Made by a program: the position numbers and the translations under genes. From a virus (taxonomy: Duplodnaviria > Heunggongvirae > Uroviricota > Caudoviricetes): a stretch of DNA of 33,920 nucleotides. The stretch lies in IMG/VR virus record IMGVR_UViG_3300042298_002704. The stretch is one strand, 5' to 3'. Every line of letters begins with the position of its first letter. Positions within the stretch are counted from its first letter, which is position 1. Of this stretch, positions 9,829-19,470 are shown piece after piece. The notes under the pieces are model-generated. The model searched no databases. It was not told the DNA's origin and saw only the letters and a list, made by a program, of their open reading frames with translations.

Positions 9829-10093
9829 AACGGTTTACTTCCGTTAAATCAATGTTTTGAAAGTAAAACTGAAAAACTATTTTAAACAGTTCGCGAACAA
9901 ATTTTTAATTTGGGCGCAAAGAAGTAACCAACGGTTACTCAACCGGATTGGTTTGAAAAACCAACGCAAATCGTTAAACAAAGTCACTTGTGAGTAAGAG
10001 GATACCTATATTTACTACTCAACTTGAAATTAACACATAACAGTTCAGGTTTTCAATGAAACCCATTCACTTACGCAAAAAACAAGTTTTTGC
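9829..10093 (+). other. Non-coding region dense in short inverted repeats (candidate ncRNA, leader or origin)
   Basis: At least seven short hairpins or palindromes in ~265 bp. Confidence 0.4.
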
Positions 10094-10102
10094 ATAAAAC
10101 AG

Positions 10103-11275
10103 ATGAAAAAATATTTTCCATATCTAATTCTAATTTCTGCTTTATTTATTTCAATTACTGGATCATTCTTTTCAATTTATGGTCTTGGTAAATTATTTGG
10201 AGGTCATCAAGTAGGTGCTACTATTTTAGCATTTGCATTTGAGTTTGGTAATATTGTAACTGCTACTGCATTGAAATATTATTGGAAATATTTACCTCCA
10301 ATACTTAAATATCCATTGATTTTAATTGTCATCACCTTAACCATTTTAACCTCAATGGGAATTTATGGTTATCTGTCAGATGGATATCAAAAAACTGCAT
10401 TAAAGGATGAAATTGTTACTAAACGTTCAAACTTGGTTAAAACCAAAAAACAAACGTTTGAAACAAGGATTCAAGACAATAAAAATGAAATTAGTTTAAT
10501 TTCAAATAACCTAACTGAATTGAGTAAAGGTTACAATCAAAATACTCAAACTCAACAAGTAATCAAGGGCCAAGTTGTAACAAATGTATTGGTTTCAAAT
10601 AAGAAAGGTTTGGAACAACAAATGAATGTTTTAAACCAAAGAAAATATAAACTTGATTCCCTCAATTCCATGTATTTGGATTCGATTCAAAAGTTAGAAC
10701 TTTCAATTATTGAAATTGAAAACAGTAATGAAACGAATTCAGAACTTGGACCACTTAAATATTTGAGTTCATTAACTGGTAAACCAATGAATGAAATTGT
10801 TAACTGGTTAATATTATTGATTGTAATTGTTTTTCAACCATTGGCGTTAATGTTAATTTTAACCTCTATGTTTGCATTTAAAAATAATCATTACTTAAAT
10901 AGAACCTCAAAACGAAATAGTTCCAAAAGCACTTTGAATTTCAAAGCACTTTTTGAAAAATTAAAATCGAAAATCAAACCTAAACAAAATCAACCTCAAA
11001 CACAATCTTCATCAGAGCCTCAAATTTCCCCTACAATCGATTCTATCCCAGAAGTGGACGTTGAGGTTAAACCAAAAAGAAAACGCAACCAGAGGCAAAA
11101 AAATGAGGTTATTTCAAATTCTGTATCAGTTGAAGAAACTAAACCCAATGAAGAAGTTTTACCAGTTGAGGAAAATAATCCAACAAAGAGTAGAAGGCGA
11201 GTAGTCGATACTCAATTAACTCCTGATATTGCTGATCACATCAGTAAAAGTTTAGGCAATAAAAAAAAAGTTTAA
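10103..11275 (+). CDS. Membrane protein with coiled coil and low-complexity C-terminus
   Basis: Three N-terminal hydrophobic helices, coiled coil, then GPLKYLSSLTG..NWLILLIVIVFQPLA helix. Confidence 0.75.
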   Translation: MKKYFPYLILISALFISITGSFFSIYGLGKLFGGHQVGATILAFAFEFGNIVTATALKYYWKYLPPILKYPLILIVITLTILTSMGIYGYLSDGYQKTALKDEIVTKRSNLVKTKKQTFETRIQDNKNEISLISNNLTELSKGYNQNTQTQQVIKGQVVTNVLVSNKKGLEQQMNVLNQRKYKLDSLNSMYLDSIQKLELSIIEIENSNETNSELGPLKYLSSLTGKPMNEIVNWLILLIVIVFQPLALMLILTSMFAFKNNHYLNRTSKRNSSKSTLNFKALFEKLKSKIKPKQNQPQTQSSSEPQISPTIDSIPEVDVEVKPKRKRNQRQKNEVISNSVSVEETKPNEEVLPVEENNPTKSRRRVVDTQLTPDIADHISKSLGNKKKV

Positions 11276-11348
11276 CTCCAACCCAAATTAAAATAATGCC
11301 TCACGAGGCAATTGAGGCTTGGAAACGTGAAAATGGAAATTAAATAAA

Positions 11349-11390
11349 TGTTAAAATGTTTGGAAAATTGAAAACTTTTACTTATCTTGG
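11349..11390 (+). promoter_or_regulatory. Bacteroidota-type promoter (imperfect)
   Basis: TGTTAA; TTTG(11359)-N20-TATCTTGG(11383-11390). Confidence 0.5.
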
Positions 11391-11395
11391 AATAT

Positions 11396-11911
11396 ATGGA
11401 AAAATTTAGTTTATATGATGATGAACCTAAAACAAATGTTCAAACTTCAACAATACAAGTTGAAGAAAATGAACTTTTAATTACAGTTGATTTTTCACGA
11501 GAAACCTTTGGGCAAATGGTTGAAAAGGTTCGACAAATAACTGAAACTACTCCTGACAACGTTGAAATTAACATTTTCATTTTAAGTGGATATGAACCAC
11601 ATTCAGACGCAGGTTTATTTTTGGAATATGTCAAAAGTTTAGCCCGTCCTTTTAAATTCTTTTTCAGGGGAATTTTACATTTGGAATTTTTGAAACTGTT
11701 ATCGTTTTTGAATGTTTGGGTAAATGAAGGTTCAAAACTTAAATATGATCCAACTCGATTAAATGAATTTCAAACTCAACTTTTATCTTTCCCGCAAGTA
11801 TTTAGGAACTTTTTCCAACGTTATATTGACGAATACCACAAATACAAAGGTTTAATGTATTTTGATATAACAGAATTAAAAACTTTGGGATTTAACTTTC
11901 AAACTTACTAA
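11396..11911 (+). CDS. Hypothetical protein, possibly a degenerate ClpP-fold protein
   Basis: INIFILSG, EYVKSLARPFKFFFRG and YFDITELKTLGF align by eye with ClpP segments; no catalytic-Ser motif. ATG 11396 preferred to TTG 11387. Confidence 0.45.
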   Translation: MEKFSLYDDEPKTNVQTSTIQVEENELLITVDFSRETFGQMVEKVRQITETTPDNVEINIFILSGYEPHSDAGLFLEYVKSLARPFKFFFRGILHLEFLKLLSFLNVWVNEGSKLKYDPTRLNEFQTQLLSFPQVFRNFFQRYIDEYHKYKGLMYFDITELKTLGFNFQTY

Positions 11912-11914
11912 AAA

Positions 11915-12583
11915 ATGAGGAATATAGATTTGTATTACGCAATAAAATGTGATTATGAAAATGGTAGAACTGTTGATGAAATAGCCAAGTCATATAACAT
12001 TTCAAAACCCATGATTCATAGATCATTGATGGGCGTGACTGGTAAAGGAATTGGGAAAAGTAATTTGTATTTAAAAAATTGTAATCGACATATACCAACT
12101 GAAACAGAACTTGAAATTATCAATGATTATAATTTAAATCAACCAATTCCTTATATACTTGAAAAATATAACATTGATAGGGATAGATTATTATATATAC
12201 GAACAAAATATCAAATTAGTGATAGAAATACAAAAAGATTTGTTGACAATAAATCAATAACCGTACAACATGGTGGGCAAATTATTACATATCCTCATAT
12301 TGAAGCTGCTACTAAACACACGGGAATTTCAAGAGAATATCTAAGAAATTTAAAACTTGGGCAAAATTTTGCAAATAACAAGGCGGCTAATAAAGATGTT
12401 TTTATTGTTTGGGATGTCAATAGAATTCAAGCCCTTGAAAACGCGTGTGAACTTATGGGTCATATCCTTACCGGCGGAACGACTCGTGAAAATGTTGATA
12501 AAGGAGTTCAATTGAAACAATTAATATATGAACTCGGATATGCCGAAGAAACGGAAGTTGAATTAAATAATCAATTTGAATAA
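11915..12583 (+). CDS. Multi-HTH DNA-binding protein
   Basis: TVDEIAKSYNISKPMIHRSL, ILEKYNIDRDRL and YPHIEAATKHTGISREYLR (NUMOD1-like). Confidence 0.65.
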   Translation: MRNIDLYYAIKCDYENGRTVDEIAKSYNISKPMIHRSLMGVTGKGIGKSNLYLKNCNRHIPTETELEIINDYNLNQPIPYILEKYNIDRDRLLYIRTKYQISDRNTKRFVDNKSITVQHGGQIITYPHIEAATKHTGISREYLRNLKLGQNFANNKAANKDVFIVWDVNRIQALENACELMGHILTGGTTRENVDKGVQLKQLIYELGYAEETEVELNNQFE

Positions 12584-12801
12584 TGTACTACCAGATAGAA
12601 TTCACAAAAGAGGGCGTTAAACGTCAAGGTTATGGTAAAAAAAGTGAATGTGGAAATTACATGACACTTGTTTTTCACGACCACTTAAATAAATGGCAAA
12701 TTAGTAAAGAAGTAATCAGTCCGCCTTTATTTGAACATGGTAAACCAATTACGAAAGAAATATTTGATTACGCAATTAACCAAAATTTAAGAAATTTATG
12801 A
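12583..12801 (+). CDS. Hypothetical protein
   Basis: Overlaps both neighbours (TAATG, ATGA), suggesting translational coupling. Confidence 0.65.
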   Translation: MYYQIEFTKEGVKRQGYGKKSECGNYMTLVFHDHLNKWQISKEVISPPLFEHGKPITKEIFDYAINQNLRNL

Positions 12802-13487
12802 ATGAACTTAATTATTTAACAGCAGAACAAATTGAAAAAAACTGGACAATATTCAGGAAATTAGTTAATACATTATTTCCAACCCGAAAAGATGTTTTAA
12901 ACCAAATGTATGATGAACTGGAAGAACGTTTGGTAACAATGCCAGCCTCTGGTGTTGAACATTATCACAATGCGTTTCCCGGAGGATATATTGACCATGT
13001 TTTAAGGGTGATTGATTTTTCAAAAAAGGAATACGATCAATGGAAAACTTTGGGATTGAAAGTTGATAATTTTACCTTGGAAGAACTTTTGTTTTCTGCA
13101 ATGCACCATGACTTAGGAAAGGCTGGTTTACCGGGCGAATATGAAGTTTACAAATTTAATGAAAGTGAATGGCATCGAAAAAATCAAGGTAAAATTTATA
13201 CTCATGATGAAAGAACGCCATTTGCATTAGTCCAAGATACGAGTTTGTTTTTATTACAACATTATGGAGTTAAATGTTCTTGGCAAGAACAACTTGCAAT
13301 TAGAACCCATGACGGACTTTATGATAAAGCAAACGAAGCCTATTTTCTTTCAAATCAATTAACCTCAAAAGCAAGAACAAATATTCACCAAATCCTTCAC
13401 TTTGCTGATATGAAGGCTGCAAGGTTCGAGTTTGAAAGATGGGTAATTGAAAATAATAAATTGAAGTTTTACGAGGAACAAAAATGA
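12798..13487 (+). CDS. HD-domain phosphohydrolase
   Basis: HYHNAFPGGYIDH...HHDLGK...HDG...HFAD. Confidence 0.85.
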   Translation: MNELNYLTAEQIEKNWTIFRKLVNTLFPTRKDVLNQMYDELEERLVTMPASGVEHYHNAFPGGYIDHVLRVIDFSKKEYDQWKTLGLKVDNFTLEELLFSAMHHDLGKAGLPGEYEVYKFNESEWHRKNQGKIYTHDERTPFALVQDTSLFLLQHYGVKCSWQEQLAIRTHDGLYDKANEAYFLSNQLTSKARTNIHQILHFADMKAARFEFERWVIENNKLKFYEEQK

Positions 13488-13819
13488 TCATAACCATTAT
13501 CATACTTTCATTATTGGTTTTAGCGTTAGGTTGGACAACTTGGAATTTATATTCACAAGTTTCAGTGATGGAAGAATTTATTAAAAAAACCAACAAACGT
13601 GAAGAAAAACTTTACAACGAAGTTGAAAATTACTACAAGATTTTTTTAGGTTTATTTACAGAAGCATATTCAAATATGCAACGAATTGATAAACGCGGAA
13701 GTTTCAGTAGTGATGATGAAGTAGGTTTTGCTTTTAAAGTTATTTACAATAGTATTCAAGAAGTTCAAAATAAATTAGAAACCCTAAGAATTGATGACGA
13801 CCAAGAAGAAGAAAAGTGA
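13484..13819 (+). CDS. N-terminally membrane-anchored coiled-coil protein
   Basis: Hydrophobic N-terminus MIITIIILSLLVLALGW; coupled to neighbours. Confidence 0.7.
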   Translation: MIITIIILSLLVLALGWTTWNLYSQVSVMEEFIKKTNKREEKLYNEVENYYKIFLGLFTEAYSNMQRIDKRGSFSSDDEVGFAFKVIYNSIQEVQNKLETLRIDDDQEEEK

Positions 13820-14588
13820 ACCCTACTTTGGGAAAAAAGTTGAAAACTCGATAGTTGAATATTGTCAAATGCAGGACAGTGTTCAAAAAACTCGTTTGTT
13901 TAATGAAGTTATTTATCCGGCGCTGTCAAAGTTGGCTGAAAACGTTATTCATAATAAAAATTTCAAAAACTTTGGTATCGAGTCATATTCAGATTCAAAG
14001 CAAGATTGTATTTGTTTCATGTATGAAAAGTTAGGTAAATACAATCAAGAACGAGGTTCGAGAGCGTTTTCATATTTCAACCGGGTAGCCATTAATTGGG
14101 TAAACGCAAGAATGCGTGATGTTGCCGAAAACACCTACGGAAAGGTTGAGGTTCAGCACATTGATTTTAGTAGAGATGTTGACGATGAGGTTCGATACCA
14201 AGAAACACAAGAAGAATTACAAGATTTTTGTTATAAATGGTCTCAATGGGGAATGGAGCATTTAGATTATTTTTATTTTGTAAAAAATGATAAAATCATT
14301 CCGTTTGATGAAAAAGAACGCCAAATATTAGAAGCCGTTTTTAACTTATTTAAAAATAGTCACTCCATAGATATTTATAGAAAAAAGGCACTCTATATTT
14401 TGATTAGAGAACAGATTTACGTGAAAACTCAGATAATTACAAATGTCGTAAATGTTTTACGTCCATTATGTCAAAATATGTTTTTAGAATATAAACAAAC
14501 GGGAACAAAATATTGGCATAGATTCTTGTACTTCCCAGAACACATTGAAGGAGAAATTATCAATGAAGAAGAAACAACAGAACAGTGA
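13791..14588 (+). CDS. Phage sigma-factor-like protein (gp55-like late sigma)
   Basis: Sigma region-2-like LSKLAENVI...DSKQDCICFMYEKLGKYNQERGSRAFSYFNRVAIN. Confidence 0.7.
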   Translation: MMTTKKKKSEPYFGKKVENSIVEYCQMQDSVQKTRLFNEVIYPALSKLAENVIHNKNFKNFGIESYSDSKQDCICFMYEKLGKYNQERGSRAFSYFNRVAINWVNARMRDVAENTYGKVEVQHIDFSRDVDDEVRYQETQEELQDFCYKWSQWGMEHLDYFYFVKNDKIIPFDEKERQILEAVFNLFKNSHSIDIYRKKALYILIREQIYVKTQIITNVVNVLRPLCQNMFLEYKQTGTKYWHRFLYFPEHIEGEIINEEETTEQ

Positions 14589-14955
14589 TGTTTTATTTAT
14601 AGGGACGGATGGTGAAGAAGTAACCTACGAAGGTTTACTTCGTCGTATTTATGAAAATGCCCAAGCCAAACAAGTTCATTTGTTACAAACATCTGAAATT
14701 GTCAAACCTATGATTCAAAACATTCAAGATGCAGTTATGTTGCTACCAATGTTAACTGGACTTCAAAGTGTTTCCGTTAAAAATGATGAACAATTGGTTA
14801 AACTCGCTGCCATTGTAACTCGTAAAAACAAAAATACAGGTAAAGATTCAGAAGACGATTTAGAAGCATTTGGAATAACTGCTGAAATGAGAAAGGAAAT
14901 AATGGAGGAGGCTCAAAAATTGAGCGTTCGTCCGGGTCATGCTAAGGGGGATTAA
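14563..14955 (+). CDS. Helical hypothetical protein
   Basis: ATG at 14563 with GGAG upstream; follows the sigma-like gene. Confidence 0.65.
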   Translation: MKKKQQNSDVLFIGTDGEEVTYEGLLRRIYENAQAKQVHLLQTSEIVKPMIQNIQDAVMLLPMLTGLQSVSVKNDEQLVKLAAIVTRKNKNTGKDSEDDLEAFGITAEMRKEIMEEAQKLSVRPGHAKGD

Positions 14956-15019
14956 AACTTTAACTTCTTATTAACTAAATAATTACATTTTTTTACATTA
15001 TTAAACATACTTATTGTAT

Positions 15020-15178
15020 ATGAAAAAGGACAAAAAGGTTAAAACAATTAACGTGAGTGAAAAACTTCACATGGAGTTGAAAGATTTTTGTAATCAAAAT
15101 TCTTATAAAATAAACCTTTTTGTAGAAAAATTAATTTCAAACGCAATAAGGAGTTTAAATGAGTCAAAAACAGAATGA
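15020..15178 (+). CDS. Small ribbon-helix-helix-like protein (52 aa, below ORF-track cutoff)
   Basis: MKKDKKVKTINVSEKLHMELKDFCNQNSYKINLFVEKLISNAIRSLNESKTE: alternating beta strand plus two helices. Confidence 0.65.
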   Translation: MKKDKKVKTINVSEKLHMELKDFCNQNSYKINLFVEKLISNAIRSLNESKTE

Positions 15179-15971
15179 AAACAATTCAAATGAAAGTAGA
15201 ATTGAAAAGAAATACAATTATTTTTACAAGATTACCAATTTGATTAACGGTAAATATTATTATGGAATCCATTCTACTGATAATTTAGATGATGGTTATA
15301 TGGGAGGCGGAACTTTGGTACGCCGGGCACAAAAGAAATACGGCATTGAAAATTTTAAAAAAGAAATAATTAAACAATTTTCCACGCGAAATGAATTATC
15401 TGACTATGAGCAGAAAATCGTGACAATCGAATTAATTGAATCCGAGGAATGTTATAATGTACGAACTGGTGGAAATAGTGAACAGGTGTATAATAATGAA
15501 CATCGGATTCGTAGATCACTAAAAAATACCGAATTGATGAGAAATAAAGATTTGCGAAATAGAATATCAAATACACTTAAAGGTAGAAAAATTTCACCAG
15601 AAATAATAAAAAAACGAGTATCGAGTTATACTCGTTGTGTGAAGGTTATAATTGATAATGTAGTATTTGAAACACTAAAATCGGCAGTTAATAAATTAAA
15701 TATTAGTGCAAAAATAATTAAAATCCGTTGTTTGTCTAATGAACCTGAATGGTCTGAATGGAAATTTATAAACCCAGATATTTTAGTTAATAACAAGAAA
15801 CCGATGTTTAAATTGTCTTATTATTATGAAATAAACGGGGAAACGTTTGTACATCACGACGATATAATTGAGAAATATCCTAATTTGAATTATTTTAATA
15901 TACGGTATAAATGCAAATCTAATTTAGAAAAATATAAAGATTGGAAAATGATTTATTATGATTATAGCTGA
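15159..15971 (+). CDS. Free-standing GIY-YIG homing endonuclease (Seg-like)
   Basis: YFYKITNLINGKYYYGIHST...YMGGG...KYGIENFKKEII...YN; NUMOD-like C-terminal modules. Confidence 0.85.
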   Translation: MSQKQNENNSNESRIEKKYNYFYKITNLINGKYYYGIHSTDNLDDGYMGGGTLVRRAQKKYGIENFKKEIIKQFSTRNELSDYEQKIVTIELIESEECYNVRTGGNSEQVYNNEHRIRRSLKNTELMRNKDLRNRISNTLKGRKISPEIIKKRVSSYTRCVKVIIDNVVFETLKSAVNKLNISAKIIKIRCLSNEPEWSEWKFINPDILVNNKKPMFKLSYYYEINGETFVHHDDIIEKYPNLNYFNIRYKCKSNLEKYKDWKMIYYDYS

Positions 15972-17022
15972 GGTAATCGAGACTAAAAAATCTTTCAAGC
16001 CGAATCAAGTTGATGATGAAGGAAATCCTCTTCCACTTGGCTCAATCGAAGTAAGAATTGGCTCCAATCAAAGTAATTTAGGTCAAGTCAGAAATATATT
16101 TGTCCGGCCAGCAACGTTCAATCGGAGAATTCCGCTTATAGGTGAGCAAGTAATTTTAATTCCGGCCCCAGTAAATGATTGGTCAACCTCTGGTTTGAAA
16201 AATATCGGTTATTGTTATTTATCGGTTATAAATGCAACAGATGATTTAGTTTTACACGCCTTCCCGAAGTTGTGGAGAAGAAAAGGATTAGTACCGGGAG
16301 GAAATAGTGCAGAAAGGAAGAGTGATAAACGCGAATGGGGATACACGTTTGAGCAAAAACCGAAACGAACTCCGAATCTTCAAATATTTGATGGTGACGA
16401 TTTATACGAAGGAAGGTTTGGTACAAGTATAAGATTTGGCTCAACTATTAAAGGTGGGGATATGTCCGTTTATGCAGAAAAACCAACTTGGGAAGGTTCT
16501 GGAAACGGAGATCCGATAATGATTTTGCGAGTTAAAAAACCAACCGCAGGTTCAACTCAAAGCGCACAAACAACCGAAATCAATAATAACAAATACGAAA
16601 TTGAGGATATTGAAAAAGATGAATCGACTATTGTTTTAACTTCAAACCAAAAACTTAAAAAATTTAAAGCCGGGTTCGATAAAAATCAGGATGCTAAAAA
16701 GTTAGGTCAATATGATGGTAAATCTCAAATTGCAATAAATTCAAATAGAGTCGTCATAAACGCCAATAAAGATATGGCGTTGATTTTAGGAAAAGAAAAA
16801 GTTGTAATAAGTGGAAAAAAGGTTTTATTTCAAACTGAAAAACATAAAGTTGATTTGGATGAATTGATGGATTTTTTGAAGAAATGGATGGATGAATTTT
16901 CAAAGTTATGCCAAGGTACTGCTTTTTTCAGTTCACCAAGTGGACCAACTGGTCCCTCGAATAACGTTTCACAGGTGATGCAATTACAAACAAGTGATTT
17001 TACCAAATTTAAACAACCATAA
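15958..17022 (+). CDS. Putative baseplate central spike / gp5-like protein
   Basis: OB-fold-like N-terminus (IPLIGEQV), EGRFGTSIRFGST, beta-repeat INSNRVVINA, C-terminal SPSGPTGP. Confidence 0.6.
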   Translation: MIIAEVIETKKSFKPNQVDDEGNPLPLGSIEVRIGSNQSNLGQVRNIFVRPATFNRRIPLIGEQVILIPAPVNDWSTSGLKNIGYCYLSVINATDDLVLHAFPKLWRRKGLVPGGNSAERKSDKREWGYTFEQKPKRTPNLQIFDGDDLYEGRFGTSIRFGSTIKGGDMSVYAEKPTWEGSGNGDPIMILRVKKPTAGSTQSAQTTEINNNKYEIEDIEKDESTIVLTSNQKLKKFKAGFDKNQDAKKLGQYDGKSQIAINSNRVVINANKDMALILGKEKVVISGKKVLFQTEKHKVDLDELMDFLKKWMDEFSKLCQGTAFFSSPSGPTGPSNNVSQVMQLQTSDFTKFKQP

Positions 17023-17064
17023 TTGAATTAACATAAAACTAAAACCAAAAAAAAGAGATTTACA

Positions 17065-17412
17065 ATGAACAAAAAAAAATTGATTGAAATGGTTAGAACA
17101 ATTCTAACAGAAGTCAAAAAAGTAAATATTTCCCAACCAGTTTCAAATCTTTACATTAAAGGTTCTGGATTAGATACAAACGGAAATATGCGTATAATTG
17201 TAGGATTTCCTAATGATAGAGGATTTCCAATACAAACAAACGGAACACTGCCTGAGACTGATTATATAATTGGCCGTAAAAAACTAAGCCAACTATCTGA
17301 TTCTGACTTAGAAACAATTGGTACTGAAATAACTAAATATGTGTCTAAACACGGGTCACCAAATGTTAAATCAAGATTAACAGTTTATAGTTCATATAAA
17401 GATAAATTTTAA
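17065..17412 (+). CDS. Leader-bearing hypothetical protein
   Basis: MNKKKLIEMVRTILTE leader. Confidence 0.7.
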   Translation: MNKKKLIEMVRTILTEVKKVNISQPVSNLYIKGSGLDTNGNMRIIVGFPNDRGFPIQTNGTLPETDYIIGRKKLSQLSDSDLETIGTEITKYVSKHGSPNVKSRLTVYSSYKDKF

Positions 17413-17934
17413 ATGACAAACGAACAATTAGTTAAATTAATAATGTTAGCAACCAAAAAGGCTGTCAAAGAGGAATTTAAACTCATGAAACAGGAACTTT
17501 TGGTTGAAATCAAACGTCAAGGTTCAACTTCAAGACCTGTTGATAAACTTACAGAAGTTCAACGTGGTTTTAGACAACAATTTCAGGTTGATCAAAAACC
17601 TAAAAAACAAATGTCTAAAAATCCATTATTAAATCAACTTTTAATGGAAACTGAACCTGCTCCGATGGAATCTAAAACTTATTTAGATGCCTTTGAACGT
17701 GAAGACGAAATCATCAACGTTCCTACTTCTGAAAGTGGTCGACCAATTAATGCGCCAAAAGCAGTAATTAAAGCGATGAATAGGGATTACGGCCATCTGG
17801 TTCAAAAGATGGATAAAGGTTCAAATAACCAAAAAGCAAAACAAGATTTTCGTCAACAAGTCCTTTCAGCAATGAATGAAGATTCAAGTTATGAAGATGA
17901 TGAAGATTTAAGTTGGCTTGATAACGTAAAATAA
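17413..17934 (+). CDS. Hypothetical virion/prohead-core-like protein
   Basis: LVKLIMLATKKAVKEE N-terminus, KNPLLNQLLMET and AMNRDYGHLVQKM; acidic tail. Confidence 0.55.
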   Translation: MTNEQLVKLIMLATKKAVKEEFKLMKQELLVEIKRQGSTSRPVDKLTEVQRGFRQQFQVDQKPKKQMSKNPLLNQLLMETEPAPMESKTYLDAFEREDEIINVPTSESGRPINAPKAVIKAMNRDYGHLVQKMDKGSNNQKAKQDFRQQVLSAMNEDSSYEDDEDLSWLDNVK

Positions 17935-17946
17935 TGAGGAATATAA

Positions 17947-18375
17947 ATGCTAAACAGACGCAAACTTGAAGAAATGATTCGGAAAATTATTAAAGAATCA
18001 GATGAACCCGAGACTGTTAAAATTTCTAATATGAAGCGTAATATCATGGGAACCCTTTCATTTGATATGAAAGTTGAAGGAATGAAACTTCCCCAAGACT
18101 TCATTGTTTATCCGATGAATGCAGGAGATACCAGTATTAAAATTCAGTCCGATAAACGGTTCGGTCGTTTAAACTTATCTACTGGTGAAGGGATAATGAA
18201 TAAGAAAAACGTAAATAACGCCAGTTCGATTCATTTAAGTAGAGGTGATAATATGACCTTTAAACTAACTTCTTCGCAATTATCGTCTTTGAAAAATGCT
18301 ATTAAAAATACTGGCGGAAAATCGGTTGGCAATGCTGGTATTTCGAGCGATAATTCAGGCGCGATGGAATTATAA
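17947..18375 (+). CDS. Leader-bearing hypothetical protein
   Basis: MLNRRKLEEMIRKIIKE leader. Confidence 0.7.
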   Translation: MLNRRKLEEMIRKIIKESDEPETVKISNMKRNIMGTLSFDMKVEGMKLPQDFIVYPMNAGDTSIKIQSDKRFGRLNLSTGEGIMNKKNVNNASSIHLSRGDNMTFKLTSSQLSSLKNAIKNTGGKSVGNAGISSDNSGAMEL

Positions 18376-19392
18376 ATGAAACTTAGAAGAATACTTTTAG
18401 AAATATCCTTAGACGATGCTTTGCAAGCGTTAAACCTTACTAAGTCAGACTTAGGTGACGAGAGTAAATTAAAACTTGCATTTAGACAAGCAGCATTAAA
18501 AGCGCACCCCGATAAAGGTGGAAGCAATGAAGCCATGCGCGATGTAAACGATGCGTATGAACTTTTAAAAAAGCAAACAAATCGTTCAAATTCAATGGAT
18601 GATTGGAAAAGGGATAGAGAAGAAACAAATAAACTATCCTTGCAAATTTTAGAAATTCTAAAATCAAAAGTCGACTATTCTTCTTTTGTTAGATATTTTA
18701 ATTCGGTATATGATGATATTTTTACCCATAAAATTGTTAAAGAATATCCGACTACAAATGAAAAATATGCATACCATGCTTCATTTGAAGTGCAATTTTC
18801 TAATCCTGACAGAAGTATAATATTCGTCCTTCAATTATATTGCAGCACAACAGATGCCCGAAGAACATCTTCATTAGGTTCCGGAGCAGGAAATATAAGT
18901 TTTCCGCTTGGTGTAACTGCTTATGGGTTTTACAACAATAAAAAATTGAAAATTACCCAACGCGATTGGACAACTACTCAAAATCATGATGTTTTGAATT
19001 CACCCGAACTTTCTTTCCCAAAAGCAAAACTAGAAAAATTTAAAGGAACGTCGGTTTCAAAAGTCTTTAAGAAATCAGATATGATATTATATTTGACTAA
19101 AAAACTTGGAATGACGTGGGATGGTCAGCAAGCAAGAGTAAAGGATGTTCCGAAACCGTTGGCAATTGTATTTAGTAGAATGACGATGCTTAGAACGGCT
19201 GCTTGGTCTTTGAATTTATACGAAAACAGCCGTTGGGTAAGAGAACAACGTACAGTTACATTTCCAGAAACAATCGAAACCGCCCAAAAAATAGAAGATT
19301 TGGTTAAAAAGGTTGCAAACGCTGATGATGCTGCTGAAATAAAATCAATAGTTATCAAATGGTCTAATACCGTAAAAGGATTTGGCGACTAA
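18376..19392 (+). CDS. J-domain (DnaJ-like) protein with leader and unknown C-terminal domain
   Basis: LKLAFRQAALKAHPDKGGSNEAMRDVNDAYELL (HPD motif); leader MKLRRILLE. Confidence 0.85.
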   Translation: MKLRRILLEISLDDALQALNLTKSDLGDESKLKLAFRQAALKAHPDKGGSNEAMRDVNDAYELLKKQTNRSNSMDDWKRDREETNKLSLQILEILKSKVDYSSFVRYFNSVYDDIFTHKIVKEYPTTNEKYAYHASFEVQFSNPDRSIIFVLQLYCSTTDARRTSSLGSGAGNISFPLGVTAYGFYNNKKLKITQRDWTTTQNHDVLNSPELSFPKAKLEKFKGTSVSKVFKKSDMILYLTKKLGMTWDGQQARVKDVPKPLAIVFSRMTMLRTAAWSLNLYENSRWVREQRTVTFPETIETAQKIEDLVKKVANADDAAEIKSIVIKWSNTVKGFGD

Positions 19393-19416
19393 GATGAAGA
19401 ATAAATCATAATAAGT

Positions 19417-19457
19417 TGTTAATGACTTTGGAAATATAAAAATAACATTTACCTTTG
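19417..19457 (+). promoter_or_regulatory. Bacteroidota sigma-A type promoter
   Basis: TGTTAATG; TTTG(19427)-N19-TACCTTTG(19450-19457). Confidence 0.75.
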
Positions 19458-19470
19458 GGGAACAAAAAGA

